In this document: positions 11,901 to 21,100 of the stretch, piece by piece
Layout of the letters: each line of letters begins with the position of its first letter
Numbering within the stretch: position 1 is the first letter of the stretch
Virus record (IMG/VR): IMGVR_UViG_3300025133_009446
Location: 11,428 to 75,427 of that record
Origin: a virus
DNA: 64,000 nt
Direction: 5' to 3' (one strand)
Notes under the pieces: generated by a model
Databases searched by the model: none
What the model was told of the DNA's origin: nothing
What the model saw: only the letters and a program-made list of their open reading frames with translations
Translations under genes and position numbers: made by a program

Positions 11901-14900
11901 GCACGAATGCGCTCTAATATTGGATTAGTCCACGTAGAAGGATCTGCGGCAACCGATATATTTGTGTTGACTGTCAAAAGTGTCATTATTTCAGCTAGAG
12001 TTGCACTAAAAAACATTCTGGGACTGTCATAAATACCATCAATTATTTGTGATGCAGAAAAATCCATAGCAGGGCTAGTCATTGCTATTTGTGCTGCAGT
12101 TTTTGATAATTGCTTACTTAATTTTCCACTTTGCAGCTGCCTCTGGCTTGCTAAAACCGATGCCAAGGCTTTTAATCTTTGTTTTCTTCTCTGTCTTTTC
12201 TTTTCTACTTGATCTGCTATTATGTTTGAATCTGCCTTGGTGCTAAGCATCTTGTTCATTAAATCTTCTTCTGGGTGCGGAGCGCAAAGATCTAAATCAA
12301 CAATATGCCCTAAATCTTTTATCCAACCTTCACCAGAAAGCATTCGCGCATTTCGTTTAACTTTTTCAATGTTTACCACTTTACCAAATTCAGAAAATAT
12401 ATCAATCATAACATTAGTTGGATTCTTACCTTTTTTTCTGTTGCTACCCTTTGATACTGTTTCTGCAAAAGATAACCCCGCTGAGCCAGCTGCCGTTCTC
12501 ATTTTTCTAGTAATGGCAACAGAATTAATGGCATCTTTCGTTTTTTTAGTCGGGCGCCCTTCTAATAGTTCAATCATTTCTTTGCTGGATATATTATTCG
12601 AAATTTCATCAAAGATACCAGTAACCCCATTCATATCAAGACTTATATCACCACTAGCAAATTTCTTTACAGTCTTATTCACAAAAGCTTTAGCATCGTC
12701 TAATAGATCCGAACTCTCCAACAGCTCATTGATGTTTTGAGTGCCATAATCCATGCCGGCTTTCACAGTATCTTCCAACTCGCTCAGAGCGTCTGTACCA
12801 AAAGTAATAATTTTATCAATTGCTGCAGCCACCTCATCTAATACTATTTTTACTATTCCAATTATAATTTCATCAATTATCATTTCTACAATTTTTTCAA
12901 CTGCTTTAGAGATCATAGCCATATAATCAACTACCGGCAATAAATCATCTAAACGTGGTAACGTAAGTGCGTCAATGCTTGGCAAATCTTTCCAATTTGG
13001 TGGAAACGACTCCCCAAACGAATCAGATAATTGATTTAAATCTAAATTATTAACATAATCTCCCAATCCAAGATCTGGAAGCCCCATACTACCAAGTGTG
13101 TCAGAAACAGTTTGAAGTAAATCTTTGGCATAATCTTCTGCTACGTCTACATGGCTTTCTATCAATTCAAGTAGCTGTTCTGTGGGAAGATGCTTATCAG
13201 GCAAGTTTAACAACAGTGTTTGTAACTCATTGGTTGACAAATCACTTAGTAAGTCTTGTACCGGCAACGCCTCCATTAAACTATCAAGCGGAAGCGAAGA
13301 AGCTAATTCTGTAAGCGAATTCGCGTCTGCCTCTTTCAAACCTTGCAAGACTTGAACCCCAGCAGAACTTAAAAACTTTCCTATATCAGCGTCATCTATC
13401 ACTCTATCTAAAGTGGGATTTAAATCATTTGATACTTTTTTGAATTTATCAAAAAACCAATCATTTCTCATTTTAGATGTAAAAGTCGGTGCAATTGCGA
13501 CATTACCACCTTCAGCAGGCTTACCCTCCAAGAGCACACTATAATCTATTTTACCAAAAGCATTTTTGCCAAAAATATTTTCTGGAGATATATCAATTGA
13601 AAACTGCTCTACAATTCTAGAAAAATTCCACTGAGTTGCTCCACCCAACAAACTTTCATATGGGGCAGGACTACAAGAAATATTAAATATTTTACGTATA
13701 AACTTGTTACCAGTTGCAAATTCAGTAGCTTTTCCTGTTGTTGTGGAAATTTTATTTTTTGTATCTTCCCAAAAGTTTACATATTGATCATATAGCGTAT
13801 CTAAAGTATCAGTCAATTGATTTATATTTGCCATTTCATTTGGCATGAAAGACATAAAATCATCTTTAATTAATTGCGGCAAATCATAATAGTTTATGTT
13901 CTTAACAAGCTTTTTAACCAACCCCACATCATCAATAGGAGCTTGGCACAGTATCATTTCAATTACATCATCGGGAAGCCCATATTTATCTATCATATCA
14001 GAAATAAAATCTGTTGGTATTTGTATGTTACCAAATATTTTTTTCAGAATATATGGGGACGCCTGAGAAATCATCCCCACCAAAAATTCGTCTGGCACTC
14101 TACCTTTCTTTATAAAATCAACAATATTATCTATAGGAAGGGTATCTATCTGTAATTCAAGAAGAATTTTATTCAATATGTCTGCCGGCAGTCTATTAAT
14201 AATCAAACTCATTAATTCTTTACCAGAAAACGCCTGTAAGCCGCCAGCTAATAAAGCATCAACACTATCTGGTATACCCAATTCTTCTGTTATAGAATCA
14301 ATACCTATACTCATTAGAGTATCAATTCCAATCTTATTCAACACCACATCATAAAGCTTTTCGAAAGAAAGTCCATCTATTTGATCAGTTATTGTTCTTA
14401 TTTGATCTAAAACTTCATCGCCAACAAATTCATTAACACTTTCTCTTGCGCCAGATATTTTCTCTTTAAACTCGTTTGTTATAGCCTTCGACTCGCGCTG
14501 TAGCTCTCGTGAAGTCTTCACTAGCCTATTATTAAATTCACCTTCTATAGATTTAACTTCATCTAAAAATCCTTTTTTCTGATCTGAAGGCTTGATCTCT
14601 GGTATCGGATATGTAAAGAATGAAACAAACTGAGTCCACGGCATATCTCTAGAGCGCGTCCCCAAAAGTTCTAATATTTTCCAAGAATAAAATACAAAAG
14701 CATTAGTCCGAGGTCTATTGAAGGGATCAGAATCTTTAAATGCGTCAAATCCAACTCTTAACGGTTGTCCTCCAAATCCACGATCTACAACAATGTGTGT
14801 ATAGTTAAACTCACCGTCAAATCCAAGTTCGACTATTCTATCAGATTCTGTTGCTGCTGAAATCTGTTCACTGGTAGTTGTAGATTGAGTTTCTGCCTCT

Positions 14901-16312
14901 TCAGTTGCTTCTGCATTGGTTGCTTCTGCATTGGCTGCTTCATCACCTGTTGCGTCAGCAGTTGGCGAATCAGGTGGAGTTGCTTGTTGTGCCGCAGCTT
15001 CAGCCGTAAAATCAGAAACTCCACTTGTTTTTGACGGCTCGCCTAGTTTAGCATAACTGTTTTTCACCAAAAATTCATTAAAACCATTAATATATTTTTC
15101 CACTCTAGAAGATTCTTCTACTAAATCTAAACCCTCTATATTCACACCAGAATCGTTAATTGCTTCACCATACATTTTTATTTTATCGGCTGCCAAAGTA
15201 AGCATTTCTGCCATATCATTTGCTTTAAAAACAACACTTTTCTTAAAAAGTCCATCAAAAGCAAACCCTTCTCCCTTTTTTGGCATTATTTGTAAATGTT
15301 GTCCAGGCACTTTAACTAATATTAATAATTTACCTTCAGGTGCTGGACGTTCCTCTAAGTGCCAATCGGTTGCCGCCGAATGTTCCATTAGTTTTTCAAC
15401 TATTTTGTTTATATCTAATTCACCTATGGTTAAAGATTCTTGCAGCAAATCTGTAACTGCTTCTGGAGGTGGTGGTGGTGGTGGAGGGAGTATTTCACCA
15501 GTTTGGCTGTGGACGCACATAGGATCTGGGATCCCTTCTTCAACAATTTTAGTATAACCAGCTGGGCATTGCAACGTTTCAGCTGCAGCTGCTTTTGCTT
15601 CTGCTGCTTTTTCTCCTGGTGTTAGATCACCTTCACTTTCGTCTCCTACAGCTGGACCGGATCCGGAACCACCAGCTGGCGCCCCAGGGGGACCGATCCA
15701 ATCACCTTGAACTCCTGTATTCACGCCATCAGTTGACTTATTGAAATCAGATTCTTTATATTCTCCAACGTCGGTATGGCTTGGCATCATTTTTAGCATT
15801 GCTTCTAAATGATTAAATTGTTCTTTATTTTTTGTCGCCACTCCTCCATGTTCACCAACCCCGTAATTCAATCGATTAATTGCATGCACATTAAGAGTGC
15901 GCTGCCACTTTTTAACTTTAGCACCTCGCTTGCCTCTTTTCAATATTATTTTTGTTGGTGGGTCACCCCCGCCTGAAGCATTACTTCTTCTGCGCCGCCC
16001 AGAACCTCCAGAGCCACTTGAAGCTGGAGACTCTGGCGGGCATTGTCCAAGAGGCGCTGTAGAACCATCAATACACTGAACTTGATCTTCTGGTATGGAC
16101 ATGCCGCCCTCTTGTGACATGCCGCCCACCTCGGCAGCTGCGATCTGTTCCTCTAATTGGTGGATTTCTCTTTTAGTGTCGTCATAGAGTTGATATAACT
16201 GTTTGTACTGTTCATGTTCAATAAATTGATCCATACTCTGAAGATTGCTCTTGAGGCTCGCTTTCTTCCTCTTTAATTCTGCCAATTCCGCCATTAGATT
16301 TGCAATTGACAT
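8906..16312 (-). CDS. Giant (2468 aa) probable virion/baseplate-associated protein of unknown function
   Basis: Uninterrupted ORF in the baseplate operon. It has an N-terminal coiled coil, Pro/Gly/Ala low-complexity linkers, half of a PG-binding motif, and long helical Leu/Asp-rich segments. Confidence 0.7.
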   Translation of the reverse strand: MSIANLMAELAELKRKKASLKSNLQSMDQFIEHEQYKQLYQLYDDTKREIHQLEEQIAAAEVGGMSQEGGMSIPEDQVQCIDGSTAPLGQCPPESPASSGSGGSGRRRRSNASGGGDPPTKIILKRGKRGAKVKKWQRTLNVHAINRLNYGVGEHGGVATKNKEQFNHLEAMLKMMPSHTDVGEYKESDFNKSTDGVNTGVQGDWIGPPGAPAGGSGSGPAVGDESEGDLTPGEKAAEAKAAAAETLQCPAGYTKIVEEGIPDPMCVHSQTGEILPPPPPPPPEAVTDLLQESLTIGELDINKIVEKLMEHSAATDWHLEERPAPEGKLLILVKVPGQHLQIMPKKGEGFAFDGLFKKSVVFKANDMAEMLTLAADKIKMYGEAINDSGVNIEGLDLVEESSRVEKYINGFNEFLVKNSYAKLGEPSKTSGVSDFTAEAAAQQATPPDSPTADATGDEAANAEATNAEATEEAETQSTTTSEQISAATESDRIVELGFDGEFNYTHIVVDRGFGGQPLRVGFDAFKDSDPFNRPRTNAFVFYSWKILELLGTRSRDMPWTQFVSFFTYPIPEIKPSDQKKGFLDEVKSIEGEFNNRLVKTSRELQRESKAITNEFKEKISGARESVNEFVGDEVLDQIRTITDQIDGLSFEKLYDVVLNKIGIDTLMSIGIDSITEELGIPDSVDALLAGGLQAFSGKELMSLIINRLPADILNKILLELQIDTLPIDNIVDFIKKGRVPDEFLVGMISQASPYILKKIFGNIQIPTDFISDMIDKYGLPDDVIEMILCQAPIDDVGLVKKLVKNINYYDLPQLIKDDFMSFMPNEMANINQLTDTLDTLYDQYVNFWEDTKNKISTTTGKATEFATGNKFIRKIFNISCSPAPYESLLGGATQWNFSRIVEQFSIDISPENIFGKNAFGKIDYSVLLEGKPAEGGNVAIAPTFTSKMRNDWFFDKFKKVSNDLNPTLDRVIDDADIGKFLSSAGVQVLQGLKEADANSLTELASSLPLDSLMEALPVQDLLSDLSTNELQTLLLNLPDKHLPTEQLLELIESHVDVAEDYAKDLLQTVSDTLGSMGLPDLGLGDYVNNLDLNQLSDSFGESFPPNWKDLPSIDALTLPRLDDLLPVVDYMAMISKAVEKIVEMIIDEIIIGIVKIVLDEVAAAIDKIITFGTDALSELEDTVKAGMDYGTQNINELLESSDLLDDAKAFVNKTVKKFASGDISLDMNGVTGIFDEISNNISSKEMIELLEGRPTKKTKDAINSVAITRKMRTAAGSAGLSFAETVSKGSNRKKGKNPTNVMIDIFSEFGKVVNIEKVKRNARMLSGEGWIKDLGHIVDLDLCAPHPEEDLMNKMLSTKADSNIIADQVEKKRQRRKQRLKALASVLASQRQLQSGKLSKQLSKTAAQIAMTSPAMDFSASQIIDGIYDSPRMFFSATLAEIMTLLTVNTNISVAADPSTWTNPILERIRANIQKLPVTYYDENIDIMNYDFWGSSPAVNIKIPNEGFDYPYSLYRPAAGKHGSISAGNRREFFRYAGMNDTEENMAINQNLEFREAIAESLMQKIKPNSSFVTQLQSLLPFDLNHRLHVMIVKKVAKIVSKSKLFSPGVLVKLDFKTNDNPDGAAIDDEGGIGAMMATESDSNNSAELFDLTEIKDMVYKRKKQLDSEDPYQSFNLANREGVVRAVVQLALIEATIQAMFVLTEFSFDDALNKSFDEVVHNNIKLRLGGATYELMSADADKIIKERMLSGETFPTNRTPMLEMIKEERDRLAPMLKNVYSAFADKIDFTDSLLRVILEDHTGKTDLKWGVLDVWGKYPLDLWGNYPTRTVFDADDHGNGTLIFEKYVRAVPKTDDEIKAMFGEDFLPTFHRLTQGQGADGGNNISFGGEVLPIDTMADIVQYWTNPAAVPGDFWDHVPLEKHQLTMLYGVNNINLFKKNIKSWVTTSSEQDSVGNMINFLNNITDPDMWLANDGFGSFEAMPKGTMGFIIKPKSGSNKQPLFGDDTVPYHFQQMLNVLFQLGSSLGFSGQAANGQLLISPAATGTGNRFWKWVSTHSPPKSGGNMASFMYRIRPALDVAPDTSLAGVFDPWWMKKNINGYDSEKSTSFSGYNGGWHAKVRNQFFVSIEGGSKENRKRFFEMVKTAHGLSQIPPGEYVGNTVLGKYDLIPIGPLDFEATQKSLSYQNFYKSLKYGLRLSYIAPRAYDVVQGAPHLNEVQLGGTGKGDDTTSFKQILKSFSKDNIKNALKENAFVMGDKFLTPDSPSVEAATGMTFSVPLIEEEIEVTNAPYAVPEFPETQSDEEGEDDPLGAAKDVLDQILGMQGVMNAVISQASKNPAYLKYVNLNGEDFLNPESYPYDVLMSRLIKRKEYKHLFEKKARSMISLITIYTMMSFTANVNKSFYNLMEDSETSLKAIYNGILNSGNYQYSDVDYEAKGGAAGTFKDKAFSFIPRPKDPKLEDDIWGNN

Positions 16313-17184
16313 TATGCCTCTCCTCCAGCTATAATTTGAGAAATTTTATCTTTTGTATCTTTCTGTTGTGAATCTAAATCACCATAGTTCACCACAGTAG
16401 ACTCTATCTTCATTTGTTCCTCGCTAGAAGCTTCTAATAGATATGATGCCGAACCGGTTTGTTTATTATAATATTCTAATATTTTAGTTAGTCCAGTTTT
16501 TTTTGCCTCTGTAATTATAGCTCCAAAATCAGCCGTAGTTTTTCCAACTAAGTTGCTGTGCTCTGTGCGTACAACCACGTAATACTCATCGGCTTCGGAA
16601 TCATAGAACGGTTCGGCTTCCTTTTGGGAAGGCCATTTTGCAAATTCTGTAGCTGATTTCGTATTCTTTTGTAAATCCACCAATTCGGGCGGTAGTGCTT
16701 CTTCAGCGGCTGCAGCTGCTTCACTCTCTGTAGAAGAGATTGCACCTGACACGTGGAGCGGTGTAAATGCGGTTTTAGTATATTCTTCATACTGCTGCAG
16801 TGTCACCTTTATATCATCAATCAACCTTTTAGTTGCTGCTTCTGTTTTTGGTCCATATATACCGTCTACTTTAATTAAACCAGCTTGGGCTGAATTTTGA
16901 CTATCTTCTACAGCCTGACTCAAGGCTGAACGCATTGGACGCTTAGCTGTTGGGCTTGGTGATTTTTCAGATGCAAGCGCTTCTGCTTCTGCTTCTTCTT
17001 GATAGTAAGCAATCTGTTCCTCTAATTGTTTGATTTCAGCTTTAGTTGCCTTTAATTCCTGCCCCAATGATAAACGATAATCAACATCAGTCGTTTGATC
17101 ATCATATCCTGACAAAATATGTTGAATTTCCCCTTTCTTTTGCTTTAATCCTGCCAATTCAGATTGTAAACTTTCTACTGACAT
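16312..17184 (-). CDS. Hypothetical virion protein: N-terminal coiled coil paralogous to the 2468-aa protein, plus a partial peptidoglycan-binding motif
   Basis: 290 aa; SD AGGAG upstream; KVDGIYGPKTEAA; its stop overlaps the next ATG. Confidence 0.7.
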   Translation of the reverse strand: MSVESLQSELAGLKQKKGEIQHILSGYDDQTTDVDYRLSLGQELKATKAEIKQLEEQIAYYQEEAEAEALASEKSPSPTAKRPMRSALSQAVEDSQNSAQAGLIKVDGIYGPKTEAATKRLIDDIKVTLQQYEEYTKTAFTPLHVSGAISSTESEAAAAAEEALPPELVDLQKNTKSATEFAKWPSQKEAEPFYDSEADEYYVVVRTEHSNLVGKTTADFGAIITEAKKTGLTKILEYYNKQTGSASYLLEASSEEQMKIESTVVNYGDLDSQQKDTKDKISQIIAGGEA

Positions 17185-17206
17185 TACGCTTCTCCTTTCC
17201 TAATAT

Positions 17207-18178
17207 TTAGTTTGTATTATTAAATCTACTATTTATATACTCACTACCAGCAACCATATAAAAATTCTTCTTATACATAACCAAATTAGATTTAAAAGAT
17301 GCAATCGACGATTTGACTTGAGTTAGTAAAGCAGGAATATTGGTTCCTCCAGACGTGGTTGCAGCGATGGATGGTTGAGTCATGGCAGTAACAACTGTTA
17401 CAACAGGTCCACCGGCATTTCCACCGGTACCAGAACCAATAACATTATGAGTGTGGTTCATTACTGCAGTATTAAAACTGGTTTGATAAGTTAAAAATGC
17501 ATCGACAATACCACTTAAAGCATCAACATGTTCTACCATCTTATTTAAAGCTTTGTTCAAGTTTTCACCTTTAACCATTGGTTGCAAATCTTCATCATTG
17601 TTGCCAGCTATTAAATCAATACCAAGCACGCTACTTACGTCGGCACCTTGAGAATTTTTTATATCTGTTCTTGTTATTAATTTAATTCCTTCACGAGCTA
17701 TGAATCTCAAAGCATCTGCCTTTATTGCAATTCCAGATTTAGCTTTAGACTCCCCTATTTTGCCGGGAGTTAATCCAAAATTTGTATCAATATCAGTTTT
17801 TTGACTAATATATATTCTTGCAGCATCTTTTTGAAAGTGTGGATCCACATATATTGATTCGTTATTTACAGTAACTGCAACAGTGTCAGCACCTAATCTT
17901 CCTGTTACAATATCTATCGAAGCGCATTGAGTATCCCCTTTCCCACCATAACCACTTAGCCTAGAAGCTGGGCGATCTCTACCTAATACTATCGAGGCAC
18001 CATTTTGATTAGCAATTACTTTTTCAGATGGAGTTTCTATAAAGCCAGGAATCGCTTCCATTAGCTTATCCCCAGCAACTCCCAAAGAACTAGCTCTATC
18101 TGATTTAGCAACCTGCAAAGCCTGTTCAACACCTGGAATGGAGCCAGCAGTGTTAATGGCTTGTTTTAAAAAATCCAT
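17207..18178 (-). CDS. Probable baseplate central spike / gp5-C-like protein
   Basis: 323 aa; beta-rich IVLGRDR...DAARIYISQKTDID...IAIKADALRFIAREGIKL and a C-terminal HTH (His-x-His, NHTH) apex-type motif; follows the tail lysin. Confidence 0.55.
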   Translation of the reverse strand: MDFLKQAINTAGSIPGVEQALQVAKSDRASSLGVAGDKLMEAIPGFIETPSEKVIANQNGASIVLGRDRPASRLSGYGGKGDTQCASIDIVTGRLGADTVAVTVNNESIYVDPHFQKDAARIYISQKTDIDTNFGLTPGKIGESKAKSGIAIKADALRFIAREGIKLITRTDIKNSQGADVSSVLGIDLIAGNNDEDLQPMVKGENLNKALNKMVEHVDALSGIVDAFLTYQTSFNTAVMNHTHNVIGSGTGGNAGGPVVTVVTAMTQPSIAATTSGGTNIPALLTQVKSSIASFKSNLVMYKKNFYMVAGSEYINSRFNNTN

Positions 18179-18193
18179 AATATTAATTCCTTA

Positions 18194-21100
18194 TCATTCG
18201 TATTCGGGAAAAGCCGCCAGCTCGGGCAGGAACCCTTCATCACTAGAACCACCACCAGATTCTTGTGGCGGATCAGCTGGTGGGGGAGAAGGTGTACCAT
18301 CACCATCACTTGAAGACAGGCATTTACCACAAGATTCTGGACAACTCTGCGCGCAAGGATCACAACCATCACATGGAGGTCCATCACCAACAGCCGCTGT
18401 TTCTTCAGGGGCGGGAGGAATTCCATCTGTTACCGGGGCACCTGTGATTGCAACAGAATCAGCGCATGCGTTCAAAGGTCTATTGCCCCACCACGATTTA
18501 GCTGCAGCCGACATCTCTGGACCGGGAAGGGGGCAAGTCCTATAACCACCTGGGCTTCTTATGCCATTAATAACGTTTCCTCCACAAACTGCCATCATTA
18601 AAGCTGCCATTTTATAAGCATCGTGACTAGAAAAACCTTTTGTTCTAGCGAAACAATAATACTCTGCTGCACATCCATCTGAATGTCTTGGCCAACGAGC
18701 ATGTGCAACCACGCCTTGGTGATTTGGTTTTGTACAAGACGGGGTGCCCTTGCTGTTCTCGCCACTCCACCAATAACCATTTGTGCCTGTTGCTTGTGCT
18801 GAGTTTGGATAGGGGCCGCTTTTATAAAACCCTTCAGATTCATTAATTGCTGGAAATTTTGCTGGTATTTGTACAACATCCGTTGGGTTGGATATATACG
18901 ATTGAATTAACTCCCACATTCTTCTCATTTGTATTTCTGCTGGCATGCAAAAGTGCCCATGCCATGCTGCAGCTTTTTTGGAAGTTTTAAGTCCTTTTAC
19001 TGGATCTGCATGCGGACCAATAACAACAACGCCAATTGCTGCTTGTTTCTGAGCAGCTTGAGAATAGTTTCCATCAACATAACCAAAACAAGGAACAACC
19101 ATCTCACAACCAATACTACAGGCATTCGACCAATTAGCGTGTGGCGCCTTTATCTCCGGTGGTTGTGTCTGCAAAACATCACCATTTCTGGCTAGCCAAA
19201 ACATAACGTTACAATAAGAACTCGGCTTTCTATTCTGATTTACAATACTATTATAACCAGGACAAGTCTTTCTAATCCCACTAGCAGTTTCATGAATGAC
19301 AAACATTGTCACTTTGCGCCTTTTACTTGCTTTACTAAAGGTTCTGGATGATTTGCTCCAACGGTGTCCATCACAAATATGACTAGTATTCACTATTTTC
19401 CCTCCAAAACCAGCCCTAGAAGCCTGGAAAGCAGTGCCACCGGTTGCACCAGTCCATGGTGTCGTTGCGCCTCCTCCTGCGGCGCCTGGGAGCGCGCCTG
19501 GACCACCCATAACACCACAGGCAACTGGTGAAGATGGAGAGGGTAGAGCGGGAACAGGAGGGGTTGGAGACGCTGCGTCGCCTGGAGTTGTTGCATCTGC
19601 ATTAGCCGAGGAAGCGTTACTAGAGCCACCTTCGGGGGCTTGAGGTAATTGATCTGGATCTATTTTATTTTCTAAAGACTCTATTTCTGTGTCGATTATC
19701 TGCATATATACTTGTTTGGCTTCTTCCGCTAGTGCCCAAAAAGGTGCAATATCCGGATGTTCTTGCGGTGTTACATATTGAGCATTCTCGGCAGGATCGA
19801 AAGCGGCAGCCTTGCTGGCATATGTTGCCCGAGCTTCGTCATATTTAAATAGCGCCGCTTTAAACTCCTCAGAAAGCCCCGCTTCAGTTATTTTTGTTTC
19901 TAAATTTACTGACTCTGTGGAGATTTGAGCAGCTAGTTCTGTGCTCTGTTGTGTTCTCAATTCTATGATTTTTGTAAGCTCTTCCACATAAGGTTGGAGC
20001 GCTGCTGTCTGAGTATCATTCAAAGAAGGATTAGAAGCCATGGCTAGAGATTCTTTTGCCTGCTCTTGTTTGAGTTGTGTTGCTTGCAATTGTAAATTTA
20101 AATCATCTAATTTATTTTTGATTACTTTGATTTCATTAAATATGCTTACAGATGGAGAACCCTTTGGATCGCCTGGTTGTGAGCCCGCAGCCTGGAGCGC
20201 ATGCAAATCTTTATATAGTTCAGCAATCTTTGCTTTTAAGTCTTCTCTTTCAATCGCATCGTACAGGACGGACAGCTCCTCTACCTTAGCCTCTGCTGCT
20301 TTTATCTGAGAGAGGAGATCTGCTTGCTTTGCAATAGATGTTCCTCCTCCTGGTGGGGGAGGTGTCGGGTTTGTTACATTTGGAGCAGGTTGGGCTGTTC
20401 CAGAAGCGGGCGGGCACTGCCCCATAAGAGCAGTACTTCCATCTTCACATTGCTGCTCCGCAGCGACACCAGACATTGCCAAAGCATCACCTTCACTATT
20501 TCCTGCATTTCTAACAACATCCCACCGTTCAGGTCTTTTTTTAAGATTGTGATAAGACCACCAAGACACCGAATTGTTTGGTATTGGACACATATTAAAC
20601 TCTTCTTTCATCCTTTGAGGTGGCTTCGAAGTGGTTTCAGAACCGGCTGTTGGTGTACCAGCAACATATGTCCCTCCACCCCCACCAGGGTAATCATTAT
20701 AAGATCTACCATAAGCTCCTAAAATAGGCATTACAGTTTCCGCACCAAATATATCACCATATGCTTGCACGTTTTTTGTCCAATAATCTGCGCGGGTGCG
20801 AGGGTTGGCTTGCGCCACGTGCCCTTTACCCCCATATAATTGTGGAAAACACATATCCACACCTTTAAAACCTGAATACCATGTAACTCTTTTATTTGGA
20901 TTTTGTTGTAACAGATATGGCGGATCGTATACGGCGCCATAACTTGTAAACCCAGTTACCAATCCATTCTTTTGAGCTTCTGCTATAAAAAGCTGCCCAC
21001 ACGTTAAAGCTGCTGCATAGCCATCTTGTGGAGACATTTTTTCATAAGCTGCTTCTGGATCTGCAACAATGCCACTAGCGCCTGCTTGTAAAGCTAAAGT

